This document shows, one piece after another, positions 25,862-36,738 of a DNA stretch of 64,000 nt. The notes beneath the pieces were generated by a model. It searched no databases. It saw nothing but the letters and a program-made list of their open reading frames with translations, and was not told the origin of the DNA. The translations under genes and the position numbers were made by a program. Numbering within the stretch: the stretch's first letter is position 1; each line of letters begins with the position of its first letter. Origin of the DNA: Takakia lepidozioides (Eukaryota > Plantae > Bryophyta); contig CM060733.1 in assembly GCA_030704615.1 (NCBI GenBank), positions 57,288,001-57,352,000 on the forward strand, read 5' to 3'.

Positions 25862-26539
25862 CAACCCGTCATGAACATGTCCCTAACTGTCCCTAACCCC
25901 CTCTTCACAAGGTAACCGGGTAGAGAACCTGTTGCGGCTTATGGTTTGGAATACTAAGTTCCTAACATAGCCTACACCTGTACCTGCATCCACCGAAGCA
26001 CTCCTATGGTTGGCTTGGTCATCACCTCCAACCTCACTCACAAAGAGAAACATGATGGTCTGGCTGGTCATCAACCCCAGCCCACCATCGACAGCATGCT
26101 CTAGGACTGCCGGTGAATCAATCCGACCATCACCTATAACACAAGCGCCCACCAAACTAGCTGGCCACAGGTCCAAGCATGCAGGTATGGAGGGGATCCC
26201 AAACACAAAATCAAGATCGACAACTCCCCACACCAAAAACACTCCCCTGTGTTGCTCCTGCAAGGACACTCCCAGCCCAACCGGCCTGGACTCTTGGCCT
26301 CACCTACAAGGTCTTGGCCTAATGAGAGGGTGGAAACTACGAGGAAGAGAAGCCTAAAGCATGCCTAACCCCCAGCATGCTCTCATCCCAACACTGTTAC
26401 TCTGCTCTCCTCTCTCTCCTCACTTTCATGACCATGGGAATATCATGAAGATACTCCTCAACCGCCCTCCACGAGCTTCAAATTCGGCCTTCCAACCACA
26501 TGCCATCCTTAGGCAGTCCACCAGTGCCTCCACGAGTCA

Positions 26540-26945
26540 GCACAGGCCGTCCACAGGTCAACACGGGCCACCACATACCACACAGCCCCACAGCTCACTG
26601 GTCACACGCCGTCACAGTCCCACACACAACATTCACACACAGGACATTTCATTCACATTGGGGCAACAACAGAACACACACACAGCAGACACACACATTT
26701 TTCAACAGGACACAGGTTTCACACACATCTTTTACACACATCCACACACAGCCCTCACACACACATTCACAGCCTGTTCACAACATTCACAGCCTGTCAC
26801 ACACAGCCCGTCACAGCCCCAAACAGGCACAGCCCACAGCCCGTCACAGGGGCACACACCCTTTGTCACAGGCACACATCACACACACAGGCACAGCCCA
26901 CATCACACACAGCCCACAGCCCGTCACAGCCCCACATCACATCAT
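26540..26945. repeat. CA-rich low-complexity/tandem region (CACAGCCC, CACACA) in the inner element leader
   Basis: Repeated CACAGCCC(GT) units visible directly. Confidence 0.7.
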
Positions 26946-27329
26946 GGCAGTTTAGCCATTTCTCCAAGGGGTTTAGCCACGCCAAGCTAGGGTTTGTGTC
27001 TCTTGGACTCTAGGCTTCTTTCCACCGAGCTATGGTGGCTGTGAGGAAATCAGCAAGGTATTCTTGCTCTTTCGGCTCCCACACACCACCATAGTAGCCC
27101 TAAGCCATGAGGTGGTTGCCACAAACCAAGCCTTCTTTCTCACTTAGCCTCCCCAAACACGCCACTAAACTCAATGGCAAACAACCAAGCCCTGCTGGTT
27201 CCCAGCCCTTGTGAGCACTCATTCAAGCACTCTCTTGGCCATAGCATCTGTCTTAGAGCCTATTCCAGCCCCTACACCTGCTGCTTCAAGAGTTGCGCTC
27301 CCTTCAAGCTTGAAGTTGAAACCCCAACT

Positions 27330-27780
27330 CACATAGGCCCTACAAGTGCTTTTCTTTCACTCCAAGTGGAAACCAGCCCTAGACCTTCCGTTCTAGCTCT
27401 CTAAAGCTTGAAAACAAGAGCCTCAATGGGCTGAAGGCATGCTCCACACATGCCCCACTCTCACCATAGAGAATCAGCTCCTTTGCTTCATTTCTTGCAC
27501 CCACAAACCTGAAATACAAGCTTCAGCAGGCTGAAAGCATGCTCACATGCCCTACAGGGAAACCAGCCCCTTCCTTCCTTTCTTGCACTCCCACACCTGA
27601 AAGTGCAAGCCTTCACCAGGCTGATAGCATGCTCCACACATGCATTGCCCTCACATAAGGGAAGTCAGCCCTTCCCTCTTCCTTGCTTGCCCTCCAAGCT
27701 TGAAGATGGAAGCTTCAATGAGCTGAATACATGCTCCACACATGCAACCTCTTCACACAAGAGATATCAGCCCCCTATCT
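27330..27780. repeat. Imperfect ~90-100 bp tandem repeat, about 4 copies, in the inner element leader
   Basis: Recurrent GCTGA..GCATGCTCCACACATGC...CAGCCC...CTGAAA..CAAGCTTCA. Confidence 0.7.
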
Positions 27781-28443
27781 TGGCTCCTTGGCTCCTTGAT
27801 GCTCTCTAAGACAAGACTAAGCACTCCACAGCCTTTGCCAAGCTCCTGAAACCCTAAGGCTTACATTTCCAGCCACAAGACACTTCTCTTGTGGTGCAAG
27901 AGCTCTTCTTCCAAGCTCTGAAACCCTAGGTGCACATTCCATGGCCTTGCCGCACCTCTTAGCTCCTGTTCCAGCCCTGCTCTTGCCATGACAAGAGCCC
28001 TCTCAATGCTGAAGCTCGAGATTGAAACCCAATCTCACCATACTCCACAAAGTGCACTGATTTGCCCCAAGCCAAATCAGCCCTTTCGCTTGGTCTTGCA
28101 ATCCTTCACACAATGAAGCTCGCATTCCCAAGTCCAGTTCTCAGCTTTGCCACCAAAGCCACTATAACCTGCTCTTGACTGGTCCTCTTCCCAATCGTGC
28201 TTGCTCATGCATGTACACAATCTGAAACCATCAAGGTGCTCTGGAATTACCTGCAGCATGGTGCTTTCATCTCTGAAGCTGAAGATCGAATGCCAAGGTC
28301 TACCACCTCGTAACCCACATCGCCTCCGCTTCTAACAACCAAGAGCTCCACGGTGCTCCTTGCATAACAACTTGGTTTCTCTCATTCTCAAGCAAAAACC
28401 ACAAGTGCTACAACTAACTCGTATCTGGCACTCACAGATACGA

Positions 28444-28460
28444 GCTCATCTTTCTCGAGT
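28444..28460 (-). promoter_or_regulatory. Putative self-priming primer-binding site
   Basis: Abuts repeat B2. 17 nt are the exact reverse complement of 28624-28640 within B. No TGG tRNA-type PBS. Confidence 0.7.
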
Positions 28461-28786
28461 GATAAAGAAGAAGAATACAAGCACAAGCTCATGCGAGCTC
28501 ACAAAGCTGAAGCATAAACTCATGCATATATAACCTCATCACTCAAATACAAGTCAAGCCAAGTGCACCCCACGCCATGGGAAATCCACACTACGGCGCC
28601 ATAGCTAGGCGCGGTGAGGCTCAACTCGAGAAAGATGAGCCTCCCGCGCTTGCCGTGAAGATAACCACTCCAGGGCCTAAATCTGCCTTGACCCCTGGAT
28701 TGACACTTGGGCCAATCCCAAATGTCAATATGTAAAAGCTAGCTATTTCCTAGCTAGTTTCACACTAGTGGTAAAATAACTTGACA
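28460..28786. repeat. Repeat B2 (5' terminal repeat of the inner element)
   Basis: Copy of 17781-18107; ends TTGACA followed by TSD CGGC. Confidence 0.95.
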
Positions 28787-31310
28787 CGGCCTATAGGATG
28801 TCGTTTCCTCCCAAAAGTCCAAAGTAAAGCCTATGGGGTACAACACAGCCCCACCAACAAGCACATCATAGGACATCGCGTCCGTAATAATGGCTTTAGC
28901 TCTCATGACTGAGCCGTCCGTAGGATGATCCGGCTGCAATCGAATGAAGAGCTCATGGCGTGTAATCCCTCTTGCCTTCTCTGAACCACCCAAAGATGTT
29001 CAAATTTGGAAAGGGCAAGACTCCAAATTCGTCTTTGTGAGGCCCAAGCCTGCAATTGTTGCTCTCCCCAACATCAATGGCTGTGCTCCCGAGTCCAACA
29101 AGACCCGCAGTGGCCTATACCTCCTCTCGGTTGGGCCACCCAATTGAAACACTCCATCCTGATTGTCCACCAGGACTACCCCAGGAGTCACCATGCTGCG
29201 CTCAATGGCTGGCCTAGCTGGTAACTCCTGCAACCTTGCAGCTGCCGCTTGCCATGGCGTAGCTGTGGTTGACTTCACCCTTGAATCCAAAGCATCCATA
29301 GACTGCACATTATTTACTATCTCCGCAAATAGTGCCGATGCATCACCACTCTCACAGAGTCTAGCTGCTAGTCTGAACACACTAGCTAGCCGAATCCCCG
29401 GCATTGCAATGGTCATTGCAGAAAATAATGGAGCTTGGCAAACCGTCGTACGTAGCCGCCCCCAACAATGTACTAGCTGCACCTTGTTTTACAGCACCAC
29501 CCACTGGCATTTCCCGAGCTACACCAACTCTCCCCAATGGTATTCGTGGATTTACCTCTGACACACTTGGGCGAGCGGGTGCCATTGATGGCGTAGGTGG
29601 CACTGTCTCAGCCAATGTAAAGGACTGTGGAAGCCTTGTCTGACGACTCGCTTCCCCCCTTTGTGGATCAAAATCCACATCCACTCCTCTTGGCTCAGGA
29701 GCACGCATTGCTGCTCGAGTAACAACAGCAGCAGAGTCCAATACATGCAATGGCCCTGCAAGTGTGGCTCTACACATGAAGCCCATACCAATCTGGTCTT
29801 CCCTAGGCATAGGAGGTTGTGCAGGTGGGGCTTGAACCTCAAGCCTTGGAGCTGGCGCAACATGAGTAGTGGCCATGGCAGTAAGACGTTGCTCTAGCTG
29901 GGGAAGTCTATCCACCATGCCTTGGTCATGACCTTGACCTTGATTCTGTGCTCCTTGGTTTTGGTTACGACCTCCACCCCGACCTCTGCCTCCTCTACCT
30001 CTCGGGACTACATTGCCTCGTCCTCGGCCACCATTGTTCCATTGGAACTGGCCTGGCCGTAGCTCAGGATGCAAGTCATAACAATGGGCCTCTTCATGCC
30101 CATACTTGCCACAATGCCCACACTGTAGTTGTGTAGGCTGTGCCTGTGCCGACCCTTTGCCTCTCTCTGGGCAATCTCTCTTAACATGGGGTCCTCCACA
30201 ATCCCAACATGTCACACCCGACTGTTGTTGGCCTGAGAATGAAGGAAGTGACCTCTGCAATTGAGATCCTCTCTGTCCTTCCCTGGGCTTCGCCTGAGCC
30301 TCCTTGTTACCTTGAGCACGTTGGGGTAGTGGTTGTTGTTGGCTAGGAGCCCTGCTTCGTTGTGTCTCCTTACCAAAACCCACCATGACCACTCGCTTCT
30401 CCACCATATTGAGCTCTATTCGCTCTGCCAGCAAAAACGTGTTTGCTAAGGTGGGTTGGTCCACTTGTAGAAGAGTTGCATCCCGCACCCTTCTCCTCAG
30501 CTCTTTGTCCAATATCCCATACCAAAATTGGACTGCTTTGAGCTTCCGTAACTTCTTGGGTTACATTTATCAATCGCCTCATGCGCGTGTAAGCCTCCCT
30601 CAAACTCTCAGTAACTTGCGCTGGAACTCTTGCAAGCTCCGCAATTTCTCTGTCCTTATCCCCTGGTAGTTTCTCCTCAACTCATCGAAGAACTCCAGAA
30701 CTGGGTTAAAGCCAGGCACGGGTGTTGGTGCTGCAGCAGGAGCTTGAGTGGATTTCCCAGCTCCATCTTTATTTGTCCCACTACTAGTATTTGTAGTTGG
30801 GGATGTTGGTGTAGCTGCTAGTGTCGCCGCTGCCCTTGTACATCTAGTGATGGAGATATAGTCAGGTGACCAATATTGTCGTCACTCCTCCATCTCCACC
30901 TCATTTCCCCGCCTAAACTCATGGTAGTCATCCATAGGCGGCCCCTCAAGGTGCTGAAATAGCCCCTTCAATGCCATAAAAGGCGTAAACAGTTGTGGAT
31001 TGCACATCTGCTGCAAATCACACCAACTATCAAACTCCTGTATGAAATCATCAAGCTCGATGGTGCCCACAGCTCCCGAGTACCTACGTGGCCCCTTGGT
31101 AGCTCAATACATTTCCTCCGTCGTATCCCACAACAATGGCACGGAAATGGCTTGCACCCTCGGCGAGAATCCTCCTAACTCTGAATCTGAACCTTCATCA
31201 GAAGACACTGAAGGTGAAGGTGGCCTAAACCGCACACCTTGTCTTGTAAACCCACTAGTATTGCTGGTGCTCGTACTGGCACTCTCCTCAGCAACTGGTG
31301 GCACCTCCGT
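28787..31310 (-). pseudogene. Outer element gag (two zinc knuckles) and aspartic protease
   Basis: CWDCGGPHVKRDC, CGHCGKYGHEEAHC, LRVLLDSGAQP, YDVLVGG; stops and frameshifts present. Confidence 0.88.
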
Positions 31311-32019
31311 GATGAAAACTCACACTCAAACCGGCTGTTAACTTGTCTCTAATCCCCACTTTCTACAAGGTAACCGAGTAGAGAACTTGTTGCGGCTATT
31401 GGTTCAAGCAGGAATAATAGGTTTCTAACGTAGACCTGTACCTGCACCTACATCCACCGCAAGCATTCATATGGTCTGCTGGTCATCAACCCAGCCTCAC
31501 CATAAGAGAACAATGATGGTCTGACTGGTCATCACCCCAACCTCACCACCGACAACATGCTCTAGGATTGACCGGTGATCAAATCCGGACCAACCTCCTA
31601 TGAAAACAAGCGCCCACACAAAACTGACATGGCGCACAGTCAAGCATGCAGGTGTGGAAGGGATCCAAACACAAGGAAATCAAAACAGTAACTCCCCCAC
31701 ACCAAAAACACTCCACAGTGTCGCTCCTGCAAGACACCCCAACCCAAACCCGGACTGACTCTTGCCTCCACCTACGGAGAGGTTTTGGCCTACAGAGAGG
31801 GTGGAAGACTACAAGGAAGAGAGACTAAAGCAATTCCTATCACAACATGCTCTCATCCCACTACCCTATCTCTACACTCTCTTGCTTAAGCAATAGACAA
31901 GACCTTTCAAGGATCTCTCAAATAACTCTCTATGAGCCCTCAAGATGTCTCTCAAACAATCTCACTAAGACTCCCAAAGCTTGGACAATGGTACTCCAAC
32001 CAGTACACCAAGGCCCCGA

Positions 32020-32420
32020 GAGCCTGCCAAATCTTGGCCCTCAAGGACCCCAAATAGTCCTTCAACAAGTCGCCAAAGATTCCTCAAGCTCGCCAAATAT
32101 CGGCCTCCAAGGACCCCAAACAGCCCTCCAAACAGCCTTCCAAAGGTTCCAAAAACTTGCCAAATATTGGCCTTCAAAGACCCCAAATGGTCCTCCACAT
32201 AGCCTTCCAAAGGCTCCAAAAACTTGCCAAAACTTGGCCTTCAAAGACCCCAAATGGTCCTCCACATAGCCTTCCAAAGGCTCCAAAAACTTGCCAAAAC
32301 TTGGCCTTCAAAGACCCCAAATGGTCCTCCACATAGCCTTCCAAGGCTCCAAAAACTTGTCAAAACTTGGCCTTTAAGGACCGCAAACAGGCCTCCAAAT
32401 AGTCATCCAAATACCTCTTC
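32020..32420. repeat. 67-bp tandem repeat, about 6 copies, in the outer element leader
   Basis: TTGGCC-anchored units at 32034, ~32100, 32167, 32234, 32301, 32367; central copies nearly identical. Confidence 0.9.
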
Positions 32421-32968
32421 AAGAGCTCTTCAAAGTGCCTTACAAAAGCTCCTCAGAGTGTCTTCCAAAAGCTCCCCAAAGGACCCCAAAGATCCCCCAA
32501 ACAATCCTCCAAAAGGCCCTTGAAATCCTCCAAAAGCCCTATATTGTCTTTATATGTCACTATGTTCCCACACCTTGGTGACCGTTCCCAGACTACAGTG
32601 ACGGTCCAACCCACACACCTGCTAGATATGATTTGATCTGAAAGTACCTTATCTTAGTCAATTTTTCCATCACCTAAAAACTTCCTAAAACTAGCTTATT
32701 GTTAGGTACCCAGAACAAGACTGGACTTGTGAACTAGTTCTGAACTAAGCAGCGGCATCTGCTAGAGTTTCGGCAAGTTTGGGATCACATTTCAGATAAA
32801 TATCCGGCAATGCATGTGGGTCGCACCCATCCTCCCCTTATTCAGGAACATAAACTATGTGAAGTGGACCAGTCGACAGTTATGTGTAGCTCCTTGTCTC
32901 CCGAGCCTATCTTCTTTTTCAGAATTATGAGACTATGATGACTAACGGATCCTATGGTCATCTATGTT

Positions 32969-33088
32969 AAACGTGAAAGCAAGAACGACAAGAAAGAAAC
33001 TCGATAACATAAGAAGAAGAAACGTGAAAGCAAGAAAGACGAGAGAAAAACTCGATAACATAAGAAGAAAGAACGTGAAAGCAAGAAA
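32969..33088. repeat. ~51-bp A-rich tandem duplication (2.4 copies)
   Basis: AACGTGAAAGCAAGAA...AACTCGATAACATAAGAAGAA repeated. Confidence 0.75.
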
Positions 33089-33117
33089 ATGTTCCAACCA
33101 TTTTAAAAGGTTTTTAA

Positions 33118-33898
33118 CCCTTAAAGGACAAGCTAAGTGTTAGCACTTTTGGGTCAAACCAATTACTGACGACATGAACCCTCTCACAAAGTCTTGGCAG
33201 ATTTCACCGTTTTAATTGGGAGATCGTAACAAAAAGCAATGATACAATATGGAACCCAACAGAAAATTGCATCACCAAATTTGGTTTGACCAAGGAAAAT
33301 CTGTAAGTTGCAAATTTTTCTTGGACGAATGGCCTCCACATTCAGAATTAGGGGCACATAGCAGGTATTCTCTCAAAATTTTAGAGTGAAAGATCAAAAT
33401 TTGGGTGGTGCTGCTTTATATGTGAATTTAGGGGGGTAAATTACTCAAGTTTTCTCTACTAAGATGAACGCCCCTAAAATGTCCCACTTCGATCTTACTT
33501 GGAATACAATTTTCCTGCCTTGAGTCTATGCTTTGCGAACATCTAAACTACACCAAAAAAAAAAAGAAAAGAAAAGAAGCAAAATTCCAGGTTGGATGAA
33601 TAGTTTGTGAGTTTCCTAACCATTGGCAAATTAAGCACGTGGCAAGCGCCCGGACTGCCACGTGGGCGGTCACTTGTAGGTTCACCTTCTGCGCCACCAA
33701 AATCCTAGACGACATGACACTTCAAAAATTCTAACGTGCAGGGGTTTAAGTTTTTTTATGCGCCGTTTGTTGGAGCGTTTAGAGGAGAAGGGGGCCCATT
33801 TTTCATTCAGATGTCACCTCCATCCGAGTTCATCCACGAAAGGTACGACCTGGATGAAAACGACGCGACCCATTTCAGGTCACGTCGTCGTTTAGGGG
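33118..33898. mobile_element. piggyBac-like non-autonomous element, 781 bp
   Basis: TTAA|CCCTTAAAGGAC ... GTCGTTTAGGGG|TTAA: imperfect TIRs starting CCC, flanked by TTAA on both sides. Confidence 0.6.
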
Positions 33899-34715
33899 TT
33901 AAGTTAAATTGTCGTGTGTTTTTATGGAACTATCATGTCGGCTTGGGCAAAAAAGTATGACTTCTAACAGACTATATGGTCGTCTATGCTAAACCAGGTC
34001 CAACCTAAACGGTCGTCACTAGGATAAATAATGATTCGTCATATGTAGTGAGTTTTTAGTAAATTTCAAATTGGAAAAACATGAAGTTTGAATCTTGTAA
34101 AGGATTCGTGTTTCATGTTTCAAATTGGAATCCAAATGTTGAAAAAACAACTTAGAGCAAACAGTTTGAAATTTTGTCAATATTTCAATTATATATGAGA
34201 ATATGATTGCAACAAGAAAAACAATAGAAGAACTTACTAATGCATGCATTACTTGCTTTTGTCGGGATCCACTCCTTCCTTGTAATTCAATGTCACCCTG
34301 ATTCGAGTTATACTCCCTTCAGTTCCATGTCATTCTCTTGAGGGAGTGGGAAGCAGGAAACCGCTATCCAAGATCGAACGTGTGCATTAATTTTTTTATA
34401 TTATTCCTAGTGTTTAAAAAAATTAAAAAAAAAAAAAAAAAAAAAGGGGGACGGAGGCCTTACTCTCTTTTTTGATTCATTTTAAAATAGATTACCTCAA
34501 AATAGATTACCTCCTATGACTTGTTCTCCTCTTGAAAATCATCATATTAAAAATTCCTGGAAAAAATAACCTGATAAGGCCCACAAGGGATACATCAGAT
34601 CAATGGGGTAACTATTCCTAGTGTGAATATGTATTATGATTTAATATCAATACTCATTATTATAAAGGGATGGTAAGTTAATAGGAGGCCCCAGATCTTG
34701 AGATTGTAGCATGGT

Positions 34716-34977
34716 CAGTGTGTTTTTCCTGGCCAGATTTCGACCTGGAAAATGGGTCACCTATTTAACTCACAAAGGAATTATGGGAGTAAAACTCCAA
34801 AAATTTGCCAGAAAGCGCCAATGGTTAATTAACAGAGGCCAAAATTTTCCTACGTGGATCTGTTAGAATGTGACACCTGTTATATATCCACTTTTCTAAC
34901 CCTGCCACCATGGGGCACTGGGTAGAATTTACATTGGCCCTTGTGGCAATTTTGGAAAAGTGAAATACAAAACACTG
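34716..34977. mobile_element. hAT-type MITE copy 1 (262 bp)
   Basis: CAGTG...CACTG termini; degenerate 8-bp TSD AGCATGGT/AGCATGAA; inverted homolog of 36452-36738. Confidence 0.75.
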
Positions 34978-35208
34978 AGCATGAAGATGATCATGAAGAA
35001 TGAGGCGATGAACAAGTTGCATCCTTGGGGGTCAAGAAACACCATAATTTATGCTTCCTTAGGAAGGTGTCATACCTTTTTTTTTTATCAACAAGAAGAA
35101 TTCATAGCCAAGTTGTGTTGACGACGAACTATTCTTTCATTTTGGGATCATGAGGACAATTCCATTAATAATCTATGATCATTGTAAAGTTTTTCAATTT
35201 CATGTTAA

Positions 35209-35600
35209 CCCTTAAACGACCAGCAGTTTTTCGGTGGGCCATCCCAAAAAAACGGATATACCTTCACGGATGAGGGCATATCTCCCTGGCCCCAAACATC
35301 CAGGAAAATGAACCTTACAACTTTCATCCTACCTACTGCATCTTCCTACCCGCAACATTGCAGAGTGTTTGACCGTTGCAATTGCTATATTATAACAATT
35401 TTGTATTGTTGTTTTTTCAAATCCATCATATTTCACCTTGCATTTTCTCCTTTGAACCAAGGATTTGCCCAATGTTTTTTATTTTTCCGGGTGGAATGCC
35501 CTCCACATTCTGAATGCGGGGCACCTAAAGGACACTCACACAAAATTTCACATCCAGATTCCAAGTTTGGGAGGGGGTCGGTTTTATGCGAAAATCGGCG
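35209..35600. mobile_element. Partial second piggyBac-like element (one end only; right boundary approximate)
   Basis: TTAA|CCCTTAAACGAC end; internal similarity to 33200-33410 (AATG.CCTCCACATTC.GAAT..GGGGCAC). Confidence 0.45.
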
Positions 35601-36451
35601 CACCTTCCACTCCAAACCCATCCCCATGTCGAAGCAACCTCAACGCCTGCAGCACAGCAATCAGAGCCCCTGGACCATCGATGACGCGCCAACGACACCA
35701 GCGCCAACAGCCTGCCCAACCCCCCCACACAGCAAAAACCTGCGCACACCCCACTCCCTTGACTGCCCGCCCTCACACCATTGAGCACGCCCAACCTGCC
35801 ACCATATAAACAGGCACAGTCAGCACTGAGCACTCACACTCGCCCGCCACAGATCAACACAACACAAGAACAGCAAGACAAGTAGCGAATTGACCGCTGA
35901 TGCGGTGAGCCTCCCGCCAGCAATCACCCAGGCACATGAACTTGGACTGCATGTGCTCTCAAGCATTCTCATTGGTCCACCTTTGACGTGGTGTGAGATG
36001 GAGTGTGCTTGCATGCCAGGTTGGACGACGGTAAGGGCATCTTGCAAATTCTATAAACAATCATATATATATATATTTTTCTCATCCTATCACAGGTTCC
36101 CAATAAAATGAGAAACATTGTCATCCATGGCAGCACAATACCTTGGGGACCATCTTACTAAATTCACTGAATGGCTAAACTGCTGATTTTATCTATTAGT
36201 ATTTTTTCAATACATGCTTCCAAAATAATATTATGTAGAGTAAGAACTAGGAACAGGGCCTATCAGTTTATTGAATTTTGATTTTTTTATGATTATTTTA
36301 TTTTTCACCAAAAGGGGAAGGCAGGCCTTGAATAGGTTTATTGAGAGGATACGGAGAATTTCGAAGCCCTTTTCGCCCCACCAGAAAAACGAAAAAAAAA
36401 AAAGTAAAAAGGAGAAAAAATGGTGTCTGATCCTCATTCGTTGCTATCTAC

Positions 36452-36738
36452 CAGTGTTTTTTTTTTCACTTTTCCAAAATCGCTGGCAGGGCGACATGGA
36501 GATTCTAACCAACGCCCATGTGGCGAGAATAACGAGGTGACAGAGCTGGAAAAGAGGCTATATTACAGGTGTCATATTTTTGACAGATCCACGTAGGACA
36601 AATCTGGCTCCTGGTATTTATCCTTTGGCGCTTTCTGGCGATTTTCTTGATTTTTAATCCCAAAATTCCTTAGTAAAAGTCGCTGACGCATTTTCCAGGT
36701 CGAAATCTGGCGATTATTCGCCAGATAAAAAAACACTG
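36452..36738. mobile_element. hAT-type MITE copy 2 (287 bp)
   Basis: CAGTGTTTTT...AAAAACACTG termini; perfect 8-bp TSD CTATCTAC (36444-36451, 36739-36746). Confidence 0.88.

Larger units (their letters stand above)
17604..28786 (-). mobile_element. Inner Ty3/Gypsy retrotransposon (11,183 bp) carrying DNMT and PHD, with split/permuted terminal repeats
   Basis: TGTC...GACA termini, 4-bp TSD CGGC (17600-17603 and 28787-28790), complete domain set, near-identical repeat pairs. Confidence 0.95.
12147..32530 (-). mobile_element. Outer Ty3/Gypsy retrotransposon carrying DNMT and PHD; interrupted by the inner element; 5' terminal repeat missing (right boundary approximate)
   Basis: Order gag-PR-DNMT-RT-RH-INT-PHD. 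Left terminus TGTC at 12147. Removing 17604-28790 restores a continuous reading frame. No copy of its B repeat found near 32-33 kb. Confidence 0.88.

Noticed and set aside
26361-26990. 209-aa His/Thr/Gln-rich plus-strand ORF
   Set aside because: By-product of the CA-rich repeat; not conserved in the outer element.
32020-32420. CRISPR-like array
   Set aside because: Head-to-tail 67-bp units with no unique spacers, eukaryotic context, no cas genes.
12147-32530. DIRS/Ngaro/PAT classification because of the split repeats and a methyltransferase
   Set aside because: No tyrosine recombinase is visible. A protease and HHCC/DDE integrase are present, and the MTase is C5-cytosine type (PCQ, ENV), not the DAM-like domain of some DIRS.
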